DNA of 34,109 bases from Candidatus Bathyarchaeota archaeon (lineage in GTDB: Archaea > Thermoproteota > Bathyarchaeia > Bathyarchaeales > Bathycorpusculaceae), in the NCBI GenBank assembly GCA_030668645.1, contig DAOVFC010000001.1, forward strand, positions 1 to 34,109. The letters run 5' to 3'. Position numbers and translations under genes: made by a program. Shown here piece by piece: positions 9,610 to 18,220 of the stretch. How positions within the stretch are numbered: position 1 is the stretch's first letter; the number at the start of each line of letters is the position of its first letter. The notes under the pieces are model-generated. The model did not search any database. It was not told the DNA's origin and saw nothing but the letters and a program-made list of their open reading frames with translations.

Positions 9610-10569
9610 ATGGTGATTGAAACGGTTAATAAGGTAAACGTGCTGGATAACCCCTTTACCTACAATGAACACCTGAAGATTGAACAATCAGCAATGAAAA
9701 AGATTGAGTCGCAATACTGGACGCTTCTCTTGACGAGAAATGGAGCCGAGACTGTTCAGTTAACCGCGGAGTCGATTATGCATCAGACGATTCCTCCAGT
9801 AAGCATGTGCATCGTTGACGACGGTTCAAGCGACGATACACCCCTCATTCTTGAAGAATTAAGACATAAATATCCCGAAAGAGTCAACGTTGTCACTCTC
9901 CAGGATGAAGGCTACGATATCCGACGAGTAGTAAAAAACATTAATGTCGGGGTAGAGGCGCAGAAAAAAGAAAAAATCAAAGCAGAATACATAATGATTA
10001 GCGGGGATGATTGCGTATACCCTCCACGTTATGCTGAGCATATCCTAGTCAAGATGAACAGAGATCATAGAATTGTTGTTGCATCAGGAGATATAGAGGG
10101 GATCCCCCACCCTGATGTAACCCCGAGGGGATCGGGGCGTTTTATAAGGACCAGATTCTTTCATAAAATAGGAGGGCATTTCCCTCCCTACTATGGCTAT
10201 GAGGGATGGATATTTCAAAAAGCCTTACAGTTAGGCTACTCCACTAAAAATTACTCAGACATTCGGTATCGTCATCTCCGCGAGCTGGGGAAACAACATG
10301 GATTCATAACTTGGGGATTAGCAATGAAATGTTTAGGATATCACCCTCTTGAAGTTCTATACCGCTGTATAAAATATGTTCTAATAGATCGCCGTGTGCC
10401 CGTGGGATATATACGCGTATTATGGAACTACTTCATCCAACCCTTAACAGTAAAGGGAGACCCCTATTACCACTCCTTCGATGAGGATGTTCGAACCTAT
10501 ATACGAGAGAAACAGAAGCGCAGAACAATTCATGAAATAGCCAACCTCTTGGGATTAAACAAAAGATAA
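9610..10569 (+). CDS. Glycosyltransferase family 2
   Basis: LLLTRNGAETV...IVDDGSSDDT and ISGDD motifs of GT-A/GT2 enzymes. Lies 3 nt after the preceding glycosyltransferase gene. Confidence 0.75.
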   Translation: MVIETVNKVNVLDNPFTYNEHLKIEQSAMKKIESQYWTLLLTRNGAETVQLTAESIMHQTIPPVSMCIVDDGSSDDTPLILEELRHKYPERVNVVTLQDEGYDIRRVVKNINVGVEAQKKEKIKAEYIMISGDDCVYPPRYAEHILVKMNRDHRIVVASGDIEGIPHPDVTPRGSGRFIRTRFFHKIGGHFPPYYGYEGWIFQKALQLGYSTKNYSDIRYRHLRELGKQHGFITWGLAMKCLGYHPLEVLYRCIKYVLIDRRVPVGYIRVLWNYFIQPLTVKGDPYYHSFDEDVRTYIREKQKRRTIHEIANLLGLNKR

Positions 10570-10733
10570 ATCAAGTGAAATGAAGGTCTTAATGGCTGGT
10601 TCAGATGTATGTGTAAGAAAAATAGCACCCGATTCATGTTAATTTCCTCTTATTTAGAATGCGAACCCAGCGCGCATTGTAAAGTCGAGGAAAATTTAAA
10701 AAGATTTTCGATTTGAATGGAAGATAGCAAATC

Positions 10734-10740
10734 TTATATA
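10734..10740 (+). promoter_or_regulatory. Candidate archaeal TATA box (TTATATA)
   Basis: AT-rich TATA-like heptamer about 39 nt upstream of the ATG at 10779. Confidence 0.3.
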
Positions 10741-10778
10741 CTGACTTTTGCAAATATCGTTCCAAGTTAAGAGTGAAA

Positions 10779-10922
10779 ATGTTGAGTGAACCACAACCAC
10801 CATCTGTCTCGAAGATAGAAATTACCTTAGACGCTGATCTAATGAACAATCTGAAGACGAAGGTTGATGCCGCAAACAAAGCCCGCGCGGTTTATGAGCG
10901 TGAGTTTCCTGTTGGAAAATAA
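10779..10922 (+). CDS. 47-aa micro-ORF, possibly ribbon-helix-helix-like
   Basis: My own translation (below the ORF-track cutoff): [63 protein letters not shown] resembles an RHH strand-helix start. Overlaps the start region of the next gene. Confidence 0.3.
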   Translation: MLSEPQPPSVSKIEITLDADLMNNLKTKVDAANKARAVYEREFPVGK

Positions 10923-11457
10923 AACTCTTGAGGAAAGAAAGACTCTAACCCTTATTAAGCTTAGAGGTTACAAGCTGATAAGACGCGAGAAACAAGAGGA
11001 TACCATCAATTTCATAGTTAAACTTCCAAGAGGGAAAAAAGCAGTTATCTGGTGCATGCCGAACCGCAAAGTGGTGGGAGTAGCCATTGTTAGAAAACTA
11101 AGAAAATTTATGGATGCAGTTGAAGTTGAAAAAGGAATTATAGTTGCTAACACACGATACACTTGGGCTTCTAAAAGAGAAGGAAGGAAATATGGTATAG
11201 AGCTGATTCCGAAACGTATTCCGTCCTTTAACATTTTCAAGCACAAGTTGGTACCGAAACATGAAATTCTTCCACCTGAGAAAGCAAGAGACCTGTTAGA
11301 AAAGTATCATATAAAGCCGTATCAACTTCCCCGAATTAAAGCATCAGATGTAGCTGTAATTGTAATAGGTGCAAAGCCAGGAGACATCATTAAAATCACC
11401 AGAAAAAGCCCTACAGCAGGAAAACACGTTGCATATAGATTCGTCGCTCCTGGATAA
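10894..11457 (+). CDS. rpoH: RNA polymerase subunit Rpo5/RpoH with an N-terminal Rpb5-jaw-like (restriction-endonuclease-fold) domain
   Basis: The C-terminal part from 11242 ([36 protein letters not shown]...[27 protein letters not shown]) is canonical RpoH. About 115 extra N-terminal aa carry [23 protein letters not shown] and [14 protein letters not shown]. The start could be 10864, 10867 or 10894. Confidence 0.8.
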   Translation: MSVSFLLENKTLEERKTLTLIKLRGYKLIRREKQEDTINFIVKLPRGKKAVIWCMPNRKVVGVAIVRKLRKFMDAVEVEKGIIVANTRYTWASKREGRKYGIELIPKRIPSFNIFKHKLVPKHEILPPEKARDLLEKYHIKPYQLPRIKASDVAVIVIGAKPGDIIKITRKSPTAGKHVAYRFVAPG

Positions 11458-11493
11458 CGCATAGATTTGAAGAATAAATGTGATTAGTGCAAC

Positions 11494-12714
11494 ATGGATA
11501 ATGAAATGTTAAAAGACTGGCGTAAACGAAGTAAGCGTGGCTATTTCGTCAGCACCTCCCCCGAATATGAATTGCTACTGAAAGATGACAGCGTTGAAAA
11601 GTGGATTACGAAGTTAAAACAGAAAGATGGATGGAGAACAACTGTTCCCAGTTTTCTGAGAACCTTGTACAAATTCACTAAATACTCAGGTAAGAGCCCG
11701 AAGGAATTGATCGATATCGCGTCTAGCACCAAAAAACTTGACCAGCGAGAAGAATTGACTTCTGCCTCTCCTGCAATCACGGAGCTTGTGCAAGGGTTTA
11801 TAAATAAACTGCTAAGTTCTGATAAACGAGAAAGGGCAAGACACGTAAGGACTTGCCTGACGTCCTTTTTCAAAGCGAACGGCGTCTCTTTAGAGCTTGA
11901 AACTATTCCTAGGGTGCCCAAAAAAGAAGAGTTTATTCCAAGCAAAGAACAGATTTACGCTATGGCAGACTATGTCGGTTCTCTTCGAAACCGAGCTATA
12001 ATCCTATGTATGTATCAGAGCGGACTAGGAATAACCGCCTTACGGAACCTCAAATATGGACATGTCAAAAAACAGCTTGAAAAAAACAGAGTTCCAGTAA
12101 GAATTCGCATCACGTCCCGTATTAATAGAAAGTCTTCGCAAGTGCCGTTTTATGCTTTTTTTGGAGCCGAGGCTTGCGATTCTTTGAGAGCCTACATTAA
12201 CGAGAGGGAAAGAAAAATTCAAAAAATGAGGGAAAAAGGAGCTAACGTAAGAGAGTTGACGGCAAACAGTCCCTTATTTGCATCTGAAGGAAAAAACGTG
12301 CCCTTTGGAGACAAAATGGCGGTCTCAAGCATCTGGCGCGTTGTTAAAGACGCGGCGGAGCGGGCTGGCTTGCAAAAAGAAAAAATTCAACCCAATTACC
12401 TGAGAAAAGCATTCGAAGCAGAGTTAAACAGGTCACTTATAGACGAAGAAGCGAAGAAATATCTGATGGGAAGCCCCATTCAAGGCATAAAATATAACGT
12501 CAACAAAGTTGAACAAAAATATTTAATACGCAACTTCAGCAGAGCAGAACTTAGCAAACTGACAGTTGTCAAAGAGTTTGTTCAATCGCTCGGAATAAAG
12601 GAACTCGAAATAAAAATACAAAAAGGCTTAGAACAGAACCCGCAAATGACAGAAATGGAAGCCGTAAGATTCATTGTGCGTAAAGAATTTGCATCAGACT
12701 CTAAAAAGAATTGA
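11494..12714 (+). CDS. Tyrosine recombinase/integrase-like protein with non-canonical active-site residues
   Basis: SAM-like N-domain (SFLRTLYKFTKYSGKSPKELIDI, TCLTSFFKANGV). Catalytic-domain blocks RNRAIILCMYQSGLGITALRNLKYGHV, NYLRKAFEAEL and YLMGSPIQGIKY. Confidence 0.8.
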   Translation: MDNEMLKDWRKRSKRGYFVSTSPEYELLLKDDSVEKWITKLKQKDGWRTTVPSFLRTLYKFTKYSGKSPKELIDIASSTKKLDQREELTSASPAITELVQGFINKLLSSDKRERARHVRTCLTSFFKANGVSLELETIPRVPKKEEFIPSKEQIYAMADYVGSLRNRAIILCMYQSGLGITALRNLKYGHVKKQLEKNRVPVRIRITSRINRKSSQVPFYAFFGAEACDSLRAYINERERKIQKMREKGANVRELTANSPLFASEGKNVPFGDKMAVSSIWRVVKDAAERAGLQKEKIQPNYLRKAFEAELNRSLIDEEAKKYLMGSPIQGIKYNVNKVEQKYLIRNFSRAELSKLTVVKEFVQSLGIKELEIKIQKGLEQNPQMTEMEAVRFIVRKEFASDSKKN

Positions 12715-12844
12715 AAATGGATAATTACGCGTGAAAGTGTTGCAAAAACAGATTTCGGAATTTTTTCTACTTTAGAAGGGAATCCAGTTGATTGATCCAC
12801 TGGTTAAACTCTTTTCATACATACTTCGTAAGTGTAGAGTTGAC

Positions 12845-13243
12845 CTAACCTATCTTTTCTTCGCCAATTAAAACAGCATTTATAACTCCATTTTGTCCAG
12901 GACGAGAGGTGACACGCGCCAAACCCAGAGAAGTCTCTATCACGGCGCCTTTAGTCATCACGCCCCTTCGGTTGTAGTCAACATTCGCAGGGTTCTTAAC
13001 AACACGCACAATCTCAACCTTCTCTGTTTTCCCACCCTTCGGGTCCGTTACACACGCGTATTTATCCCTTAAAACCTTAACCTTTACATTCCCTCCTCTT
13101 CCTCGAGCAATCTTCCGTTTCGGTTCACCTAAGGTGGTTTCGACTGGAAAAGAGCCTCGTTCGAACCTTCTCTTTACTCTGTAAGCTCGTTTCCTGCCTC
13201 CTGAAGACTTTTTCTTGTGTAAGTCGCCGTGCCAAACACCCAC
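12845..13243 (-). CDS. rps8e: 30S ribosomal protein S8e
   Basis: MGVWHGDLHKKKSSGGRKR...NPANVDYNRRGVMTKGAVIET is typical S8e. Confidence 0.9.
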   Translation of the reverse strand: MGVWHGDLHKKKSSGGRKRAYRVKRRFERGSFPVETTLGEPKRKIARGRGGNVKVKVLRDKYACVTDPKGGKTEKVEIVRVVKNPANVDYNRRGVMTKGAVIETSLGLARVTSRPGQNGVINAVLIGEEKIG

Positions 13244-13320
13244 TTTTGTTCCTCCTAGGCTTGTTAACTTAAGTGTCCACTATCAACGTCATTTTACATA
13301 TAAACCTATCCGTTTCCTGC

Positions 13321-13872
13321 TTAAGGCTCATGCTTCGAGAAGTCTTCGAAAACGTTTTTTAGCTGTCTTTTCAGCATTGAAATGTTATGGCTTAAGCCGA
13401 AATAATCGGCGAAATACTCCGTTGTTCTCAGGATGGTTGAACGACCCTTTTTTTCACGGGAAATTAAACCCATCCTCTTCAGTTCTTTGATGTGGCCGTA
13501 GGCGTGGTGTCCACGCACATCAACAACCCTTTTTTGCGTAACGGGCTGCCGATAGGCTACGTAAGAAAGCGTTTTCAAAGGTCCCCTAGAAAGCAGCGGC
13601 CTCTTGACTAGTTTCCTAACCTTTGGCGTGAACCCCGCCTTCAACTGCAAAACATATCTCTCATCTTTCAACTCCAGAATCTCCAGCGCGGTGTTCCTGC
13701 TCGTGTACTCCCGCCTAAGCAGTTTCACGAGTTTTCGAGTCTTGTTTTTGGAACGCGTTTTCAAAACCGAACATAGCTCTTTTACATCTAATGGACGGCC
13801 CGCAACATACAGGGCAGCCTCTACCAGAGTTAGATCACGTTGTGAATGTTCCGCTGTCTGTCCCTTCTGCAA
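13321..13872 (-). CDS. scpB: Segregation and condensation protein B
   Basis: VEAALYVAGRPLDVKEL and two winged-helix repeats. Last gene of the smc-scpA-scpB operon, overlapping scpA by 38 nt. Confidence 0.85.
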   Translation of the reverse strand: MQKGQTAEHSQRDLTLVEAALYVAGRPLDVKELCSVLKTRSKNKTRKLVKLLRREYTSRNTALEILELKDERYVLQLKAGFTPKVRKLVKRPLLSRGPLKTLSYVAYRQPVTQKRVVDVRGHHAYGHIKELKRMGLISREKKGRSTILRTTEYFADYFGLSHNISMLKRQLKNVFEDFSKHEP

Positions 13873-14539
13873 TGCTTAAATCTCCAACGGTTACGTAAAT
13901 CTCCTCGGTTTCCTCATCTTGCCACAGATTCACCGTTCTCCTCTGCGCCAAGAATAACAAAAGAATGAAAGTTCGGATGGTTTCCATTCTGTCCATCCCC
14001 CTTATGAACTTTGAGAAGGATATTATCCCGCTTCCTTTTACACTCCGCAGCAAAGCAGCATGAAGCTTCTCCATCTGAGCTTCAATTTCCATCAGATACA
14101 AATCTATTTGAGGCAGAATTTCAGAAGGAGTTGGAAGAACAGGTTCCGCAGCTACTTTCTCAACGTGAACCAGTTTTTCACCCTTCAAAACGTCGTCCAA
14201 AACTTCGAGCAAATTCCGTATTGTTGTGGAGGTTAACTCGTGTCTAAGCGGCAGAAACAGCGGTGGAGGAAGGAAATCTCGTGGAACCCTCGGCGGCGGT
14301 GGCTCTTCAAGCTTGAGCAAAAGCTTGGACTTCAGCAGATACACCAACGCCGAAGAGTCTAGGGCTACTCCGGAGGCTCTGAAGTCCACTTGCCCCCTCT
14401 TCTCCATCTCCTCAAGAAACGTTGTAAGCAGATACGCTATTTTAATGTTCCATGGCGTGAGCCTCTCCAGTTTGCGGAAATCAAAAAGAATGTTCCACGG
14501 AGGATACAGATAAAACGGCTTCTTGAAAGTTAGGGACAC
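13835..14539 (-). CDS. scpA: Segregation and condensation protein A (kleisin)
   Basis: ScpA-like size and blocks (FRASGVALDSSALVYLLKSKLLL, MDRMETIRTFILLLFLAQR). Shares one nt with the smc stop. Confidence 0.8.
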   Translation of the reverse strand: MSLTFKKPFYLYPPWNILFDFRKLERLTPWNIKIAYLLTTFLEEMEKRGQVDFRASGVALDSSALVYLLKSKLLLKLEEPPPPRVPRDFLPPPLFLPLRHELTSTTIRNLLEVLDDVLKGEKLVHVEKVAAEPVLPTPSEILPQIDLYLMEIEAQMEKLHAALLRSVKGSGIISFSKFIRGMDRMETIRTFILLLFLAQRRTVNLWQDEETEEIYVTVGDLSIAEGTDSGTFTT

Positions 14540-17500
14540 TAAGCCGCAGCCTCCAGAAATCTCGCTGAGATGACGTTTGAAACCCCGTTTCGTTCATAAA
14601 CCCCATAAACCTTCTGCGCCTTGTTCACAACTTCGGGCTTTAACGTTATGATGACGAACTGGGATTTCTCAGATTCTTCTAGAAGAAGGCTGGCGAGCTT
14701 AGACATGTGAAAAGCATCCAGATGCGCGTCTATTTCGTCAAGTATGTAGAAGGATGCTGGCGCGAACTCTTGTATGGCGAAGATAAAGGCAACAGCGGCG
14801 ACCGAACGCTCTCCACCGCTGGCTCCACTTACGACTATTGAGGGTTTGTTCGGAAACTGAACGAGCACGTCAATACCGCCTGAGAACGGTTCATCCAAGT
14901 TCTCAAGCTTCAAAACCGCGTTTCCGCCGTCGGTGAGCTTAGAGAAGTATTTTTGGAGGTTCTGGTTGATTTTCTCGAAAGCTCCCATGAAGACTCTGCG
15001 CTTCTTGCGGTCGATTTTATCCATAAATTGTAAAATTGCTTGCTTTTCTCTTTCCAGCTCGTTCATTCTTAATGAAAGCTCCTTGTAGCGGGCGATCTGT
15101 TCAGCGTAGTGTGAAAGGGCAAGCTGGTTCACAGCACCTATTCTCTCAAGCTCAAACTGCATCATTTTTATGGAGGTTTCAGCCTCTCCAACTTGTCTCT
15201 GCGACACTTCTAGGGGTTGTTCGTAGCCTATCTGTTTAAGCTGGTTTCGGTGCTGTTCCAGCTGCAAAAGAGATGTTTGGATGCTGAGTTGAAGCTGATT
15301 AAGCACACGGCTTGTTTGCTCGTACTCGGAATCGAGCTTACGCAATTCCTTGTCTACGTCGTCGATCTGCACCGTGAATTTTCTTGCTTCCTCTCTCGCG
15401 GATAAAACAGTCTTCGAAAGCTCGATGCGGCTTTTTTCAAGTTCTGAAAGCTCCTGTTTTAACCCTTCCCTTTCCCGAAGCGCCTCTTCTGTTTCTTTCT
15501 CCACCCTTCGTAACTGCTGCTTAACCTTTGAAAGCCGGATTTTTGCGTTTCTGTAGCCCACTCTTAGAACGTTTTCAAATTGCGACTGCAGCGTCGAGAT
15601 TTCCGTTTGAACAGTGCCGAGTTTTTGCCTCAGCGTAATTATTTCCTCAGCGAGTCTCTCCCTTTTGATTTCCATTTCTTGGATGTGCGTTGGGTCTGTT
15701 CTCAGTCTTAGAGCTGCCAGTTCCCTCCGCAGTTTCCGCATTTCCCTCTGGATTGAGGTTTTTTCAGTCTTGTACTGCCATATCCTTGTCTTTTCTTTTA
15801 CGATTTCTTTTTGAAGTCGGTTGACGGAGAGATTTATTCTTCTAACGTTGGTCTTTGTTCTTTTCACGTTTCTCTTAACCCTTGCTATTTCTCTGTCCAG
15901 TGTGGTTATCGCCTCTGATAACCGAGTGATTTCAACGCGGGTTCTGCCAATTTCCTCCTCAAAGGAAGCTAGGTCTCCGCTTCTTCCTGAAAGATGCTGC
16001 TGGAGGGCCGTAACAGCTTCATCTAGGCTTTTGATGGCTTTTGCGCTTGGAATGATCGCCGAAAAATCTATCGGAGCGCGGTAATAACCGCTTTCCAGAG
16101 CGCCGCCAACTTCGTAGAGGTCTCCGTTAACCGTAACCGTGCGGTAACCCTCATTAGATGATAGTGCAAAAGCAACTTTCTCGTTCGAGACTATCAGGGT
16201 GTCTCCGAAGACGCAGTGCACCGCTGGTTCGTACTGCTTTGCGTATTTCATGAAGGATGATGCCGCTCCGTTTACACTCCCCTTTTTCGGAACCTTCAAT
16301 GATTTAACGTTTGAGACGCCATGAATCGGAATTATCTTTATTCTCCCAAGCTTCATTCTTCTCAGCGTTTCCGTGCACGCGAAAGCTGCGTCAAAGTCTT
16401 TGACAATCACAGCGTCCAACCATCCCGCTGCCGCAACCTCTATTGCTCGTTCATAAACCTTATCAACTTTGACTAGGTTGCGCAGTCTACCGTACACGCC
16501 GGGGATTACGCCTAATTCGCCGAGTTCCTCAACGCTTCTTAGGGCGTTTTCTTCGGTTGCCACGGTTTCCGCCAGTTTCTTTTGCGTTGCGAACTCTATC
16601 ACAGCTTTCCGTGCGGAGTCAGCGATTTTTCCAGCTTCAGCTATTTCTCTTCCTATTGCTTCTTTCTGTGCGGTTCTGTGCTCCAGCGTTCGCTCAAGGT
16701 TTTTCAGCCAGATTTTCTGCTCCTTCTGCACCTTCTCAAGTTCGACTAGGGATTTCTCAAGTTCCTCAAGCGTCACGGTGAACCCCTCCTTGCGGTCCGT
16801 CATGCTCTTAAGCCTTCTTGCACAGATTTTGATTGCTGTTCGGCTCTTAGCATGCTCAGACCTTAAGTCGGCAACCCTCTTGTAGAGTTTGTCAATCTGT
16901 TGTTCAATTTCGCGGATTTTTTTGCTGTTTTCACCTAGGTTTTCCCAAAGTCGAGTGGTTTCTTCCGCAAGTGCGTCGTGCTCCGTTTGTTTCGCTGTTA
17001 TTTCATCAGAAATGCGTTCATGCCCACGTTTCAGCCTTCGGATTTTTAAACGGTTTTCATGAATCTCTTTCTTGATGGATTGATATTGCTGAAGGTTGTT
17101 TTCTCTAATCCGCTTCAAACCTTCAAGACTTACCTTTCCAGAGCTTATCCTAGTCTTCAACTCTGTTAGCTTCGACTTCAATTCACCGATTCTTATTTGA
17201 ACCTTTAATACCTCAGCGCCGCCCTCTTCAACCATCTCTGAGCTCAGTTTCCGCCATTCACTTTCAATACCCTTCCTCTTAGATCTAAACCGTTCCCGAA
17301 GCAGCCTTAATTTTTCAACTTTCCTTCCAACTTCGTCGACTTTTGAAGAAACAGCCTTTATCTTCCTCTGGATTTGCGCCATCTCGTTGGAGAGCCGCAC
17401 CGCTTCGAATCGCTTGATTTCGTTTCGGATAAAAGCGTACCTGAGCAGTTCGTTGCGCTCCCTTTCTAAATCGTCAACTCTTTTTTGCACTTCGTCGATT

Positions 17501-18093
17501 CTGCCCATGGCCGTACGTATTGATATGTCCGCTGCTCGGAGTTTTTCTTCGGCTTCAGCCTTCGCAGCGTCATACTGCGCTATTCCGATGAGGCCTTCGA
17601 TTATTTTCCTGCGTTCAGAGGAGGAAATATCCGTTAAGCGTGTTATTGTGCCTTGCAGAATGAGGTTCTGGCTTGTTGAGCTTATTCCAGCCATGGAAAG
17701 CGCATCTAAAATGCGCGTTCTGGAGATTCTTCTGCCGTTAAGCCTGTACACACTTTGGCCGTTTCGGTGAACCTCACGTGAGATGGTAACGGTGGTTGTG
17801 TCGATGGGTATGCGTCCATCATGGTTATCAAACTGAATCAGAACCTTAGCAACCTTCGCTCTTTCCAACCCAGCCTTTTCCGAACCGTGAAAAATCAGTT
17901 TTGCAGCGCTTTCCGCACGAAGCCTCCTCGAGCTTAACTCGCCTAACGCAAACAAGACAGCGTCCACAATGTTCGTTTTTCCGCTTCCATTAGGACCGGT
18001 GAATACTGTGAAGCCCCTGTCAAGATGTACCTTAACGTTTTTAGGTCCGAATGATTTGAAGCCTCTAAGCTCGATTTTTTTAATGTAGGGCAT
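14539..18093 (-). CDS. smc: Chromosome segregation ATPase SMC
   Basis: Walker A GPNGSGKTN, long coiled coils, a hinge, signature SGGERS and Walker B FYILDEIDAHLD. 1184 aa. Confidence 0.95.
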   Translation of the reverse strand: MPYIKKIELRGFKSFGPKNVKVHLDRGFTVFTGPNGSGKTNIVDAVLFALGELSSRRLRAESAAKLIFHGSEKAGLERAKVAKVLIQFDNHDGRIPIDTTTVTISREVHRNGQSVYRLNGRRISRTRILDALSMAGISSTSQNLILQGTITRLTDISSSERRKIIEGLIGIAQYDAAKAEAEEKLRAADISIRTAMGRIDEVQKRVDDLERERNELLRYAFIRNEIKRFEAVRLSNEMAQIQRKIKAVSSKVDEVGRKVEKLRLLRERFRSKRKGIESEWRKLSSEMVEEGGAEVLKVQIRIGELKSKLTELKTRISSGKVSLEGLKRIRENNLQQYQSIKKEIHENRLKIRRLKRGHERISDEITAKQTEHDALAEETTRLWENLGENSKKIREIEQQIDKLYKRVADLRSEHAKSRTAIKICARRLKSMTDRKEGFTVTLEELEKSLVELEKVQKEQKIWLKNLERTLEHRTAQKEAIGREIAEAGKIADSARKAVIEFATQKKLAETVATEENALRSVEELGELGVIPGVYGRLRNLVKVDKVYERAIEVAAAGWLDAVIVKDFDAAFACTETLRRMKLGRIKIIPIHGVSNVKSLKVPKKGSVNGAASSFMKYAKQYEPAVHCVFGDTLIVSNEKVAFALSSNEGYRTVTVNGDLYEVGGALESGYYRAPIDFSAIIPSAKAIKSLDEAVTALQQHLSGRSGDLASFEEEIGRTRVEITRLSEAITTLDREIARVKRNVKRTKTNVRRINLSVNRLQKEIVKEKTRIWQYKTEKTSIQREMRKLRRELAALRLRTDPTHIQEMEIKRERLAEEIITLRQKLGTVQTEISTLQSQFENVLRVGYRNAKIRLSKVKQQLRRVEKETEEALREREGLKQELSELEKSRIELSKTVLSAREEARKFTVQIDDVDKELRKLDSEYEQTSRVLNQLQLSIQTSLLQLEQHRNQLKQIGYEQPLEVSQRQVGEAETSIKMMQFELERIGAVNQLALSHYAEQIARYKELSLRMNELEREKQAILQFMDKIDRKKRRVFMGAFEKINQNLQKYFSKLTDGGNAVLKLENLDEPFSGGIDVLVQFPNKPSIVVSGASGGERSVAAVAFIFAIQEFAPASFYILDEIDAHLDAFHMSKLASLLLEESEKSQFVIITLKPEVVNKAQKVYGVYERNGVSNVISARFLEAAA

Positions 18094-18220
18094 CCAGCTT
18101 ACGCCCTCACCTTACCCTCAGCTTACACTCATAGTTGTAAACAGTTCTATAGGACTTTTCTATAAAAAACTATCTAATTTTAATTAGATTTCTGACAAAA
18201 ACAACACGAAAATGAAAAGC

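Noticed and set aside
10570-12844. An integron (IntI plus attC cassette array) interpretation of the recombinase locus
   Set aside because: The recombinase lacks IntI-type box I and box II sequences. I could not see any repeated imperfect-palindrome attC-like sites in the neighbouring intergenic regions.
15036-17770. Many plus-strand ORFs of 62-138 aa inside the smc gene
   Set aside because: They lie antisense to a long Glu/Lys/Arg/Leu-rich coiled-coil gene. Their products are Ser/Phe/Leu-rich low-complexity strings, typical of stop-poor antisense frames and not of real genes.
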